In this document: positions 37,869-48,446 of the stretch, one piece after another
Layout of the letters: each line of letters starts with the position of its first letter
How positions within the stretch are numbered: the first letter of the stretch is position 1
Source: an uncultured Chloroflexia bacterium
GTDB taxonomy: Bacteria > Chloroflexota > Anaerolineae > Caldilineales > Caldilineaceae
Reading direction: 5' to 3'
Assembly (NCBI GenBank): GCA_963721725.1
Contig: CAVRLX010000032.1
Location: 68,380 to 132,379 of the forward strand
Length of the DNA: 64,000 nucleotides
The notes under the pieces: generated by a model
The model's database searches: none
The model's input: the letters and a program-made list of their open reading frames with translations, nothing else
What the model was told of the DNA's origin: nothing
Translations under genes and position numbers: made by a program

Positions 37869-40800
37869 TCAGCGCCGCAGCATGGGCAGATAGACAGGCA
37901 ACGTAACCGTCCATGTCCCCATGAAGTTTGGCCCCTGCTCCTCGCCCAGATCATCCACGCCGTACATTTCAATGACGTAAGCTTCACTCTGTGCCGCTGC
38001 CGCTTTGAAGACCACCGGCACGCGCACGCCAATCGTTGATCCGGCGTCACCAGAGCCGGTGAAGGTCGCCTCGGCCAGATTCAAGCGCACCGTCTCGTTC
38101 TCCAACACTTTGTATTCGCCGAAACGCCCGCTGCCCGCTGGGCTGCCGTCGGCGTTGAGCAAGAAGAGCGTGCTGGCGTCGTTGTTTTGTGCATCGCGCG
38201 CCTCTTGGTAGCGAACCCACAGCACAATCGCGTCATCATTTACCAGCCGAAAGTCCATCTCATTCATGGCTCGCCAGGGCTGGCTTGTGTGTTCCCACGC
38301 CAGTTTGAAGATCGTGGTCTGGCCCACCCGGCTTTCAAAGAGTGCCTCGGGTTCCATGGTCACGTCGGGGATGCCCACACTCAGCCGCCGCACAGGGAAA
38401 GAGACGGCATCGGTTGTCTTTTTTGTGCTCGTGTCAATTACATCCACTTTGACGGTTCCAATGCTCCCAAGATCCCCAGCAAAGACCGTGGCAACCAAGA
38501 TCCCTTTAACCAATCGGGTGGGGCGCTGATTGCCATTCCAACGCACAACCGAAGTCGCATTAAAGTTTTCCCCACTCACGAGCAGGGTGAATCCTTTGCC
38601 ACCTATCGTAGCCGAGGATGGATTTAGCCCTGTAATCGAGAGGGTTCCCGGCTCTGGTTCCGCCACATCCAGCACATTCACTGTGATCGACGCACTTTTG
38701 CTCAGCCCGCGCCCATCACTGACGGTGACATTAAAACTGTGTGTGCTTTTTGTTTCAAAATCAAGTTGGCGGCTATCTTTCACGGATAGTTGTCCACTGG
38801 GGCTAACCGTAAAGACCATTGACGTTGTGGAATACGAAAGCGCATCCCCGTCGGGATCTGTGGCTGACAGGCGCGTACCCACTAAGCTGCCATTCAGTGT
38901 ATTTTCGGCCACGCTGCGGCTCTGCGCTGTGAAGATCGGTGACTCGTTCACATCCTGCAAGCGCACAGTCCATGTCGCCACATCGAAAGAGCCATTGTCC
39001 GTCCGCGCTTCGATGACCAGCGTAAAGAGAGGGGTAGACTTCATAATTTAGCGCCGCGCTGTTATTAACAAAGAGAGTGCCCGCCGCATCCACTCGAAAG
39101 GCGTTACCCGTATTGCCAGAGAGAATCGTATAAGTCGTCGCGTTGCTGGCATCAAGACTAGCCGCGGCCAGCGTGGGAACTTGTGTACCGTTGGCGCTAT
39201 TTTCGGGCAGGCTTAAGTTACGGTCATCGAGCAAGGGCGAGGTTGCCGTGTCCAGGATCACCACCTCTGCCGACGATGGGGTCCCCGTAATTGCGCCGCT
39301 TGGCTCAAAGAGCAGCATGGAAAAAGTCTCGGCGGCTTCGGCCAAGCCGTCGTTTTTAATGGACACGCTGAATGTCTTGGTAATCTCGCCAGAGGCAAAC
39401 GAGACATCGCGCACATTATCCACAAAGTCTACGCCCGCCACATTCAAACTGGCCCCGCCTTTGGCCGTGCCACCGTCTGGGGAACCCGTCAACTGCACAC
39501 GCACACTCGACTGGGCGGAGAGATTGCCCGTTCGCCGCAGTGCCAGAGCTGGCGTCAAACTTCCATCTTCGCTCACCACATAGCCCGCCTGTGTAAATTC
39601 CACCACTGGCGCGGTATAGGCCGCGAAGAGTTCGCTGACGCCCACGGTTTCAGCATCGGCCAGATAGTAGACAGTCTTCCCATCTGGGCTGAATTGAAAA
39701 TCATTCGCACCGAAACGCACAGAGCCACCGGAGACCAGCGCCCCGCTCAGTGTCTCCACAGGGCCGCCGTCAATCGGCACGCTGAAAAGCTCTACCACGC
39801 CTGCGGTATTTTGATCCGCCGCATAGACTACACGCTGGCTGTCGGGGCTGATCCGAAAAGCACGCAGATTGCCCCCGCTGACCACAGGCGTGTTGATCTG
39901 GGAATTCACGATGGCCGGTGTGCTCAACGCCACACTGGCAAGCTCAAACTGATTATCATTGTTGGCGTCGGCCAGATAGAGCAGATGGCTACCGTCGGCG
40001 CTGATCTGGAGATCCGGCGCAGCAATATTCGCCACTGTGGGGCCGAACGTCCCTGTGGCCGTGGTTCCCAGCGTAAGCGGTCGGTTAAAGACGCGCAGAT
40101 CACCACCCAGCGGCGGTCTCTGTACAAAGTAGACCTGCGTGCCGTTGGGGCTGAGACGGAAAGCACGCACCGCACTGCCCGACAGGCTTAGCTGGGTGGC
40201 TGCCGAGCCTGTGGAGGCCACGGCAAAAAGCTGATTTTCATTATCTGTAATGGCGTCGGCCAGATAGAGAACCGTGTTGCCATCGGGGCTGATCTCAAAC
40301 TGCGATACGTTGCCCCCGTTCACCAGCGGGGCGTTGAGCTTTGGCACAATGCCGCCATTGGTGCGGGCGCTGTAAAGTTCCGTCACGCCATTGGTGTTGC
40401 CATCGGCCAGATAAACCGCCCGACTAGACGTGGCGTTGACCTGAAACGTGGCGACATCGCCGCCCGCCACCAGCGGCGCGCTGAATCCGAAAGCCGGCGT
40501 CCGAGCCATCGGCAGGAATCGAAAATAACTCGATTGTCCCGTCCAAATTTTGGTCGGCCCGATAGATCGCCCGTGTGCCATCAGGCGTGATCTGGAAAGC
40601 ATAGACCACACCGCCATTGGTCAACGGCGGATTCAAGCGGCGCACAGAGCCATCGGTTAGCGGAATCTGGTTAAGGTTGTTGACCTGTTCGCCAAAGAAA
40701 AAGGTGTTGCTTGTGCCATCGCTGACGCTGGAAATGCGTTCGGGAACCTGGCTATGTTGCACCGTAAAGTTGACGGTACGCACAGAGCCATCGCCCAACA

Positions 40801-41308
40801 GGATGGCATCCTGTGAAAAGGCGAATTTGAAATTATTCAATGACCGGTTGCCAATCGCGATTGGCCCACTGATAGAGACGGCCGGGGCAGTGCCTTGGCT
40901 GGCCGTGCGCATCAACTCAAAGAAGTTGCCCAGGGTGACATCGTTCCCCGTCCGGGCAAAGAGAATTTGTGTGCCGTCCGGGCTAAATTCATAGCTCTCT
41001 ACACTGTCTGCATTTCCCGTGGCCGTCGGGCTGATCTGGACTGCCGCGCCCCCTGTGGCGGGAATCGTAAAGAGATCCGCCGGGAGATTCACGGCGTCCC
41101 CTCCCGTGGGCCGTGTCACCCGATAGGCAATGCGGCTGCCATCGGGGCTAATGCGAAAATCCAATACGCGCTGACCCGGACTCAGAGCCGGATTGAGCTT
41201 GATGCGAACTTGGGGCGCTGCGCCAATCGGCGGCACCAGAGTCACGAGCCAGACCACAATTAACAGCCACGAAATCAGACGATAACCGCGACGATTCTGG
41301 GAGGACAT
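37869..41308 (-). CDS. giant surface protein: signal anchor, TolB/PD40-like beta-propeller repeats, Calx-beta, cadherin-like and IPT/TIG domains; 2 frameshifts (about 40500 and about 39050)
   Basis: The N-terminus is MSSQNRRGYRLISWLLIVVWLVTLVPP. Blades of the form ..ISPDG..VVY.AD....G..ELFS.P..GG recur many times. The Calx-beta-like segment is ..VRVQLTGSPDGGTAKGGASLNVAGVDFVDNVRDVSFASGEITKTFSVSIKNDGLAE. The cadherin-like segments are LPENSANGT... and RLQDVNESPIFTAQSRSVAENTLNGSLVG..ATDPDGDALSY. The IPT-like segment is ITGLNPSSATIGGKGFTLLVSGENF. Confidence 0.75.
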
Positions 41309-41354
41309 GATAGTAACTCCTTGCGGATGAACGACCAAAAGACGCACACCTAAC

Positions 41355-42536
41355 TCAACCGTGATAACGTGAGGCTTCTTCGCCGTGGGTAGTGGCGCTT
41401 AAATCACGCCAGCGGAACTTGGCGGCCCACGCATTTTCTTTGCCCTCCACCACATCGGCGATCAACTCGCCCAGCACCGGCCCAAACTTGAACCCGTGTC
41501 CACTGCCACCGGCGGCTACGCTCAGCCCCGGCTTTTCAGGATGTTGATCGATCCAGAAATGCTCGTCCAATGTGTCGTTGTAGAGGCAGCGGCGCGTATA
41601 GACCAGTTCCGCATTTGCCAGCGCCGGGAAGGTATCGGCCAAAAAGCGGCGCAGGTGATCAATGTCGCTGGGATAGACCTCGCGGGCGTCATGCTCAGGA
41701 TGGAGCGGCACGCCCACGCCGTGGTTTGCCACTTTGACAATCCCGGCGTGTGGGTGCAACGGAAAGCCATACCAGCCCGTGTTGGCAACATCCGCCGTGA
41801 AAACCGTGAAATTGGGCGGCGTAAAAAGCGCCGGATCAGCCGGGCGCAGATGGAAAATCGGATGGCCCGTGGCCCGCATCACACTTTGCAGTTCGGGCAA
41901 CAGATGATGGGTCCACGCCCCCGCCGCCACCAATGTGTGATCCGCTTCAAATGTTTCGCCCTCACGTGTACGGACGCCGGTAATTTTTTTGTCGCCCAAA
42001 AAGCGCTCCGCCGTCTGGCCGGGATGCACCGCCACGCCTTCGCGAATGGCCTTTTTCGACAACTCCTCCACCACACGGCCACTTTCGGCATAGCCCCCGC
42101 GCGGCCCATAAAAGCCATCCACATAGCGCTCGGCATTCCAGGCCGGAAAGCGCCGCCGTAGCTCGTCGCTGGTCATGCGCTCCAATGCGTGGCCTTCGTC
42201 CAACAACGTGTGATAACTATCATAGACATAACCGCCGGGCTGCATTGGCTCGCGGGTCAGCATCAACACGCCGGTATTGTGATAAAGCGCCTCGCCAAAC
42301 TCGGCGTTCCAGGCCAAAAAGCCGTCAATCGAACGGTCCACCATCTGCGCGTACTGGCGATCCTTGCCATATTCCATGCGCACCACTTTGCTCACATCGG
42401 TGGAGGCCGCCAGCGGGTGCGGAATCGGCCCCGGATCAATCACGGCGACGCGGTGGCCGCGGCGGTTAAGTTCAAGCGCAGTGGTGATGCCATAGATGCC
42501 TGCGCCGATGATAAGAAAATCGCTGGAAATGGGCAT
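41355..42536 (-). CDS. FAD-dependent oxidoreductase (DAO / sarcosine-oxidase family)
   Basis: An intact 393-aa ORF with DFLIIGAGIYGITTALELNRRGHRVAVID (GxGxxG) and the C-terminal AAGGSGHGFKFGPVLG. Confidence 0.88.
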   Translation of the reverse strand: MPISSDFLIIGAGIYGITTALELNRRGHRVAVIDPGPIPHPLAASTDVSKVVRMEYGKDRQYAQMVDRSIDGFLAWNAEFGEALYHNTGVLMLTREPMQPGGYVYDSYHTLLDEGHALERMTSDELRRRFPAWNAERYVDGFYGPRGGYAESGRVVEELSKKAIREGVAVHPGQTAERFLGDKKITGVRTREGETFEADHTLVAAGAWTHHLLPELQSVMRATGHPIFHLRPADPALFTPPNFTVFTADVANTGWYGFPLHPHAGIVKVANHGVGVPLHPEHDAREVYPSDIDHLRRFLADTFPALANAELVYTRRCLYNDTLDEHFWIDQHPEKPGLSVAAGGSGHGFKFGPVLGELIADVVEGKENAWAAKFRWRDLSATTHGEEASRYHG

Positions 42537-42711
42537 AGGTTTCTCCGAAAAGGGATGTGGACAAAAGGCGTGAAAGATAGCAGAGGCAGGCTAGAAAAAG
42601 TCACCCAACAACCGTCGCGAGTACGCAAAATCGGGCGATTGCTCGCATTATACCCGAAGCAGGCTGCCATAACATGGATAATCAATCTGTTGCACGCAAC
42701 ATGCCCCAACT

Positions 42712-43036
42712 ATGACAAATCTGCATCTGCGCCTTTTGGGCGGCTTTCAATTGACAACCGAAACTGAAGGCATGCTGCTGCCCACCGATAAGATCCGAGG
42801 CTTGCTGGCCCGATTGGCGAGGCGTCTGCCTGTCACTCAACCATTTGGCAATTCAAGAATTGGCTCTGGGCAAATCGGAAAAGGCTATCGAAAGGCTACA
42901 GATCTGCATTCGCACCGCCGAACTGCATGAGCAGCGCGAGATGATGGCGGTGGGATGGCTCAATCTGGGCAATACTCCTTCTTCCAGATTAGCTACTGTA
43001 TGCCCGCACCCGCTTGGATCGCGATTCGGCGATTAG
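42712..43036 (+). pseudogene. remnant of a large BTAD/SARP-type plus TPR transcriptional regulator (internal deletion and frame change)
   Basis: The N-terminus reads MTNLHLRLLGGFQLTTETEGMLLPTDKIRGLLARLA, the typical 'LLG.F.l.....v....k.r.LLayLa' opening. It is directly followed, in another frame, by a TPR-like tail ..ALGKSEKAIERLQICIRTAELHEQREMMAVGWLNLGN. Only about 100 codons remain in total. Confidence 0.35.
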
Positions 43037-43080
43037 AGACCGGGGATTCGGATAGTTGTTCCATACCCCAGTCTCTAATC
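43031..43080. repeat. 15-bp-stem hairpin built from GATTAGAG/CTAATC units
   Basis: The arms are gattagagaccgggg ... ccccagtctctaatc, with one mismatch and a 20-nt loop. It is followed by ccctaatcccc. Related CTAATC-rich sequence is at 62748..62860. Confidence 0.6.
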
Positions 43081-43210
43081 GTCGCCCCCTAATCCCCGCT
43101 ACGGATATTGCCCAAACAGGTCAAGATTCGGCCATTTGTTTTCGGACGTGAAGGTATCCGCCAGTTTTTGAAACGCGCTGCTAATCACCCCGTCATTGGG
43201 CAAATACCGA

Positions 43211-46200
43211 TCAGGGATCATAGACGTTCTCTTGGTTGAGCAGGATCACCCAATTGACGCCATCACGGCGGTGCTGGATGAAGGCCCGGGTTCCCCACAA
43301 CAGCCCGCCGTGGCTGGTATCCGCATTGAGCGACCAATCGCGGTCGGCGGCGGTGGCGACCACTGTGTTGCCGATGAGCAACTTCTCGCCGGCATAGAAC
43401 GGCCCGCCGCTAATGCTGCCCAGAGTTAGCACCCCGCTGGTGGTGGTGTCGTTGGCAACGCTGCTGATCTTGGCGGCGGCTTTGCTCTGCTCGCCCACGA
43501 TCACGGCGTTGACGGCCAGCGTACCGATGCGGTTGAGATAACTTAGGCTTGAAGAGACTTCGCTGGCCCCCCAGCCCAGGGCATAGCCATTTTCACCGGG
43601 CGGCAGCGCCAGATCCACAAAAGCAATCTTGTTCGGTTTGGTCTGGGTGAAGCCGATCAAATAATAGCGCGGCTTGCCGTCAATCGAAGGCAGCACCACT
43701 GGCTTCCGATCGACCGGCGCTGTAAAACGAATCGCCCCATCTTTGCTCAGACCGCTCGTGTCATCGGCCAGGGCATGGGTCTCGGCGCTCAGGAATTTCC
43801 AGGCACCGCTGTAGGTGGGATAGATGAATTTCAGATCATAGCCCGCCCCGGCACTGCTCAGTTTTACGTCGATCTTGCTGAATTTATCCAGCCCTTTGCC
43901 CACGATCCACAGATCGCCCAGATCGTCTAGCGGCACAAAAGCAGCCACCGGCGCGGCTGTGCTGCGCGCCGCCAGCGTCACGTCTACATATTGGTGTGTG
44001 GCATTGTTATAGGTCATCACCCGCCGCGAACGACCATCGGGCCGCGACCACATCTGGTTGCGCAGCGTGGTGTTGAGCAACGTGCCATCTTGCGCGCCCA
44101 CCATAATCTTCGCCAGATCCACGCCAGAGGCGATCCAAGCACCGTGGGCCGCCATGGGGGTAATGTTGAACGAGCCATACGAACTGGGCACAGTGACGGC
44201 GTGATCCGGGTTGCAGATCTGCACGTTTTCGGGAATGAAGTTGATGTAGCCCAATACCGAGTTTGCCATGCGATTGTTGGGCGTGTAATAGCGCACCTCT
44301 TTGCTGCCCGTGCCTGCGTTGTCCCCCAGCCCCGATTTTTGCGCGCCCACGGGGATCAGCACTTCGTCGCGCATGAAATTCGCATAGCTTTTGCCACTCA
44401 CCGTCTCGATAATCAGCCCCAGCAACATGTAGCCATAGTTTGAATAGGCGTGGGCCGTGCCCGGCGCGTGATCAAACTTGATGGAGCGCGTATAGTCGAG
44501 GATTTTGCTCTCGGTGGTGGGCAGGGCATCGGGGTTGGAAAAGCTGCAAACGTCCCAATCGCGCAGCATGGGATCGGGCGTCAGATCTCGATCCCAGCCC
44601 GCTTGATGGTGTAGCAGTTGGCGCACCGTCACGGTTTTGATGTGGCTATCGCTCCAACTGTTGCTCTTGAGCACGGCATCAAAGCCCGGAATATCCTTAA
44701 TTTTGGTGTCCAGACTGAGCTTGCGCTGCGCCACCAGCCGCATGATCCCAATCGCCGTCAGCGGTTTGGAGACCGACGCCAGCCGATAGAGGGCATCAGG
44801 CGGCGTGGCCGTCAGTGCGGCGTCTTGCCAGCTATAGCCGCGCGCCAGCACCAGCCGCCCATCCACCGTCACCGCCACACCCGCGTTGGGCACGTTGCGC
44901 CGCTGCATGTATTGCTGCATTGCCAGATCAAACGCGGCCAGCGCATCGCTGCCCTGTGGTCGTCCCGTCACCCGCCACGTGCGATCCACAGGGCCGGCCT
45001 GCCATACCGAGTTGTAGAGTCGAGTATTGCCGCTGCTGTATTCGTCAATACTCGTGGGCCAATAATAGTCGGGCGAAATGCCGTTGCGCTGAAGCTCGAC
45101 CCAGCGGTTCAAGCTGCTGTTGAACTGCAAAATTAGCCGATACTGGGCATCGTTCAGGCTCAAGAACTGACCGTCTGCGCCAGGATAGGCCGGTCGGCGC
45201 AGGCGGATGTTGCCGTTGGCGCGTTCCTGCACGGTGACGATGTGATTGGGTTCCACTTGTAGCACGAGAATGTCGCCGTTTTTGAAGCTGACCCCATTCC
45301 CCGCGCTGATCTGGGCCAACTCTGCCGCTTGGCCTGCGCCAAAATCGTGGCGCAACGCCACCCGCGCAATCCGAAACCCAGCCCCCAGATCGCTTTGGTT
45401 CAGGGCCACAGTCGCAGCGGCCACGGTTTTGATGCTGCTTACAGTGCGCTGGGCACTGGCCTTGATCTGATACTGCGTCGAGCTTTGATCGCGGAAGGCT
45501 TCCCAGCGGGCGTCGGTGCAATCTCCGCCCTTCGTCCACACCGCCGCGTAGCGGATGCCGTCGGGCGTCTCGTAGCCGCTCAGATGGACCATGCGATAGC
45601 CAGTATCGGCCATGCTGCGCGCCACACCTTCATAGCTAATATCTTTGGTGGTGAGGCCGATGCGCATGGTCCCTGTGTAGCTGTCCTTCACCCACAGCCC
45701 GGCAAAGATCGGCGCGCTGTTGCCCGCGCCCAGCCCCGATACCCAGAGCGGGCGCAGACCATCGGCGGCGGCTTTGTCGATCTCGGTCTGCATCTGCGTG
45801 GCGTTGATGCCGTGGTGGCTACGCGTGGGCTTGTTCTCCTTCACCCAGATTGCGGCATAGCGCGGGGCGGCGGGCGTGCCATAGAGATCGATGACCGTGG
45901 GCACGAAGCCGTTGTCGCCAAACTGCGTAAAGAATGTGCCATAATCCGCGCCGGTCATGGCATGTTTAAGCGACCAGTTTTTGCCATATTTGTTGTCTTT
46001 GATCCACAGTGACGAGAAGCGGGCGCTGCTGCCGTTGCCGTTGACGCTTACGGCGATGGGGCGATAGTTGGCAGCATCCCATTTGGTGGCGTCGCTCTGA
46101 TAAACCGCTTCGCTCATGCCGTGGCGCGATCCCCACGGATAGACGTAATCACAGATCGGCGCACCCAGAATGGGCAGCCCGTCCGCTTCGGCGGCTGTCC

Positions 46201-46909
46201 GCATGGCTGGGTTGCTGCCGACAATCGTGGGTAAAAAGAGATCGAAGGGCAGATAGCCCGGCGGCAGATCGTCGCCCATTTCCGGGTCGCTCAACAGTGA
46301 TTCCGCGCTGGGGGCATCGCTCTCCAGATCGGCAGCGGTTAGCAACGCTGCCGTTTCGCCAAGCACTTCGGCGGTCTCTGTCTGTTCCAACGTGGGGAAC
46401 TCCGCCGGATCGCGAGGTGGTTCGCTGGCCGAATCACAGTGAACCGTAGCTACGGTTGTCGCACCGACTTCAGTGTCACCATCCAACTGGCCTGTGGCCG
46501 CGCTGGTCAACCCTGTGCCATCAACCACGCCACTGTTTACCGTCACCGAATAGGTGGCTGTGGGCGGCTCTGGGCTAGGCTGGCTGGGGTCCACGCGGAA
46601 AGACCATAGCAACATTTTGCCAGTGCGGTCGAGTTCCATGTCCGGGTTATCGTCTCCGGCGTAGGTAGCATTGGCGGGGATGGGAATCTGAATCGCCGCG
46701 CCATACGCAGCTCTTCCCGCCTCGGAGTTGTCAAAAAAGGTGAGGTGGAAGCGGGCCGTGCCGCCGGGGCAGAGGCGTTCGGCGGCAAAAGTGCTACCCT
46801 GCATTAAAAAGCCTGTGGGCGGTGCAGGGATCTGCGCGTGGGCTGGGGCCCACTGGGGCCACATCAGCGCCAACACCATCAAAGCTGTGCTCAGAATACG
46901 TTTCATCAT
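43211..46909 (-). CDS. large secreted serine hydrolase: N-terminal Ig-like region, W-periodic tandem repeats (polyglycine-hydrolase-like structural repeats), C-terminal S12 beta-lactamase/PBP-fold domain
   Basis: An intact ORF with the signal peptide MMKRILSTALMVLALMWPQWAPAHAQ. The repeats are RFSSLWIKDNK / RYAAIWVKENK / IFAGLWVKDS / RYAAVWTKGG / LYNSVWQAG. The beta-lactamase motifs are SVSK (SxxK), YSNYGY (YxN) and a C-terminal SHGGLLWG (HxG). Confidence 0.8.
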   Translation of the reverse strand: MMKRILSTALMVLALMWPQWAPAHAQIPAPPTGFLMQGSTFAAERLCPGGTARFHLTFFDNSEAGRAAYGAAIQIPIPANATYAGDDNPDMELDRTGKMLLWSFRVDPSQPSPEPPTATYSVTVNSGVVDGTGLTSAATGQLDGDTEVGATTVATVHCDSASEPPRDPAEFPTLEQTETAEVLGETAALLTAADLESDAPSAESLLSDPEMGDDLPPGYLPFDLFLPTIVGSNPAMRTAAEADGLPILGAPICDYVYPWGSRHGMSEAVYQSDATKWDAANYRPIAVSVNGNGSSARFSSLWIKDNKYGKNWSLKHAMTGADYGTFFTQFGDNGFVPTVIDLYGTPAAPRYAAIWVKENKPTRSHHGINATQMQTEIDKAAADGLRPLWVSGLGAGNSAPIFAGLWVKDSYTGTMRIGLTTKDISYEGVARSMADTGYRMVHLSGYETPDGIRYAAVWTKGGDCTDARWEAFRDQSSTQYQIKASAQRTVSSIKTVAAATVALNQSDLGAGFRIARVALRHDFGAGQAAELAQISAGNGVSFKNGDILVLQVEPNHIVTVQERANGNIRLRRPAYPGADGQFLSLNDAQYRLILQFNSSLNRWVELQRNGISPDYYWPTSIDEYSSGNTRLYNSVWQAGPVDRTWRVTGRPQGSDALAAFDLAMQQYMQRRNVPNAGVAVTVDGRLVLARGYSWQDAALTATPPDALYRLASVSKPLTAIGIMRLVAQRKLSLDTKIKDIPGFDAVLKSNSWSDSHIKTVTVRQLLHHQAGWDRDLTPDPMLRDWDVCSFSNPDALPTTESKILDYTRSIKFDHAPGTAHAYSNYGYMLLGLIIETVSGKSYANFMRDEVLIPVGAQKSGLGDNAGTGSKEVRYYTPNNRMANSVLGYINFIPENVQICNPDHAVTVPSSYGSFNITPMAAHGAWIASGVDLAKIMVGAQDGTLLNTTLRNQMWSRPDGRSRRVMTYNNATHQYVDVTLAARSTAAPVAAFVPLDDLGDLWIVGKGLDKFSKIDVKLSSAGAGYDLKFIYPTYSGAWKFLSAETHALADDTSGLSKDGAIRFTAPVDRKPVVLPSIDGKPRYYLIGFTQTKPNKIAFVDLALPPGENGYALGWGASEVSSSLSYLNRIGTLAVNAVIVGEQSKAAAKISSVANDTTTSGVLTLGSISGGPFYAGEKLLIGNTVVATAADRDWSLNADTSHGGLLWGTRAFIQHRRDGVNWVILLNQENVYDP

Positions 46910-47047
46910 AGCTGGTTCTCCTTGTGAACACTTCTTGGGGGATAAGAGACAGTACAACCCCATCTTACTCCATGACCGTCTCAAAAACGTCGCAAGGGAG
47001 GAAAAGAAGGGATGAATCCGGTGTAAAGTGATTTTGAAGTTACCCGA

Positions 47048-48383
47048 TCAATTCATCTGCACAGGCCCTTGTACCGCGCCCACCCCTTCGGAGACGCGCA
47101 GCGAACCGCCGCTCACGGTGATGTGCGCCCCGGCTGCACGGATCTGTGTGCCATTGCGTACAAAGAAAACGCGCAGTCGGGTCGAGCCATCCTTGAGTGT
47201 GGCAAGATCGCCGTCGCTTGTCACATAGTCTGCATCCAGTCCGCACGCTCTCGACCATGCGCTGCGCCACCACCGGCCAGGGCAGCGCCGCCGCCTGATG
47301 CAGCCGTTCATGCCACTGAGCGGGCGTCTGTTCGCGCCCGATCTCCACACTGCGCCCGCCCCACGCCGCGTTGCCGCCGTCAAAGCCAGCGTATTTGATC
47401 AGCCAGTCGGTGCGCTCGGCGGCGAAACGGGCAATCTGATCCGACGTCAGCAGGTGGGTTTCGGGGATAACAGCATCGAGGGTCTGCAACGTGGCGCTGT
47501 CCAAACGGGCGCGCACGCTGGGCATTTGCAACGCACACAACAGCACTTTACTATCCAGCGGGAAGGCCAGCGGGTTGAGAAAGGGTGCGCCAGCCGTTGC
47601 CCAATGCCACAGCCGGGCCAACGTGTCGGCGCTGAAATTTTCCAGATACCCAAAACGGAAGATCACCCCGTCGCCCACAGCGGCGGGCCACTCATCGCGC
47701 CAGAAAACGCGCAATCCGTGGCGATCCAGCCGTGCGTCTAGATCCGTATCCCAGGTGGGCGGGCGCACAGGCACGCCAAAGAGGGGCGGCTGCCAGCGCT
47801 CGCCTCGGGCAATCTCGGCGCGGAGCTGGGCCAGCGTGCGGTCATACAGCACAAAAGCCTTGCCGCCGCGTTCCCGAATGGCGCGGCAAAAGGCCAGTTG
47901 CTCCCACATGAACTCGCTCCATTGCGCCGTGCCTGCGAAATAGAGCGTGCGCCCGGCCAGCAGATCGACAAAGGCGTCGACCAAATCCGCGGGCCGCCCG
48001 TAGCCGATCTGCATGGCGTGGGCAAAGCCGTGGGCCGAGGGCGCACTCTCAATTTCAGTCAGCACCGGGCGCACACCATTGCCCCAGGGCTGAAGCTGAA
48101 AATCGGGCCGAAACGAGAGCACCGGCGCCAGATCGCAAAACGACATCAGCGCGGGCGGCACTTTATGGCGCAACAGACTCGCCAGCATTGGATCATCTCC
48201 TGCGCGTAGCGATTGCCATACTGCATCCACAAAGCCAAAGAGCGCCGCCCCGCTGCGCGCCAGATCCGCGTGTAGGGTTGCCGAGAACTGAAACGGTTGG
48301 GCCGCAGGCCGCCACCAAACGCCGTCGATCCCGGCATAGCCAATGCCGGTGGCGTTCATGGCGGGGAAGAGGGATGGGCGCAT
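47048..48383 (-). CDS. hypothetical protein, probably a glutathionylspermidine-synthase-like (pre-ATP-grasp / circularly permuted ATP-grasp) ligase; 1 frameshift near 47235
   Basis: FRPDFQLQPWGNGVRPVLTEIESAPSAHGFAHAM resembles the 'RfDf.....g..kllE.N.dtPsg' motif of GSP-synthase-type ATP-grasp proteins. The C-terminus continues in ORF 47048..47383 as ...TRLRVFFVRNGTQIRAAGAHITVSGG. The family call is from memory of the motif only. Confidence 0.45.
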
Positions 48384-48446
48384 GGTTGGGTTCCGTGGTG
48401 TGAATGGTGAGGGATGGGGACGAAGCAGAATAGGGATAACGTAGAA

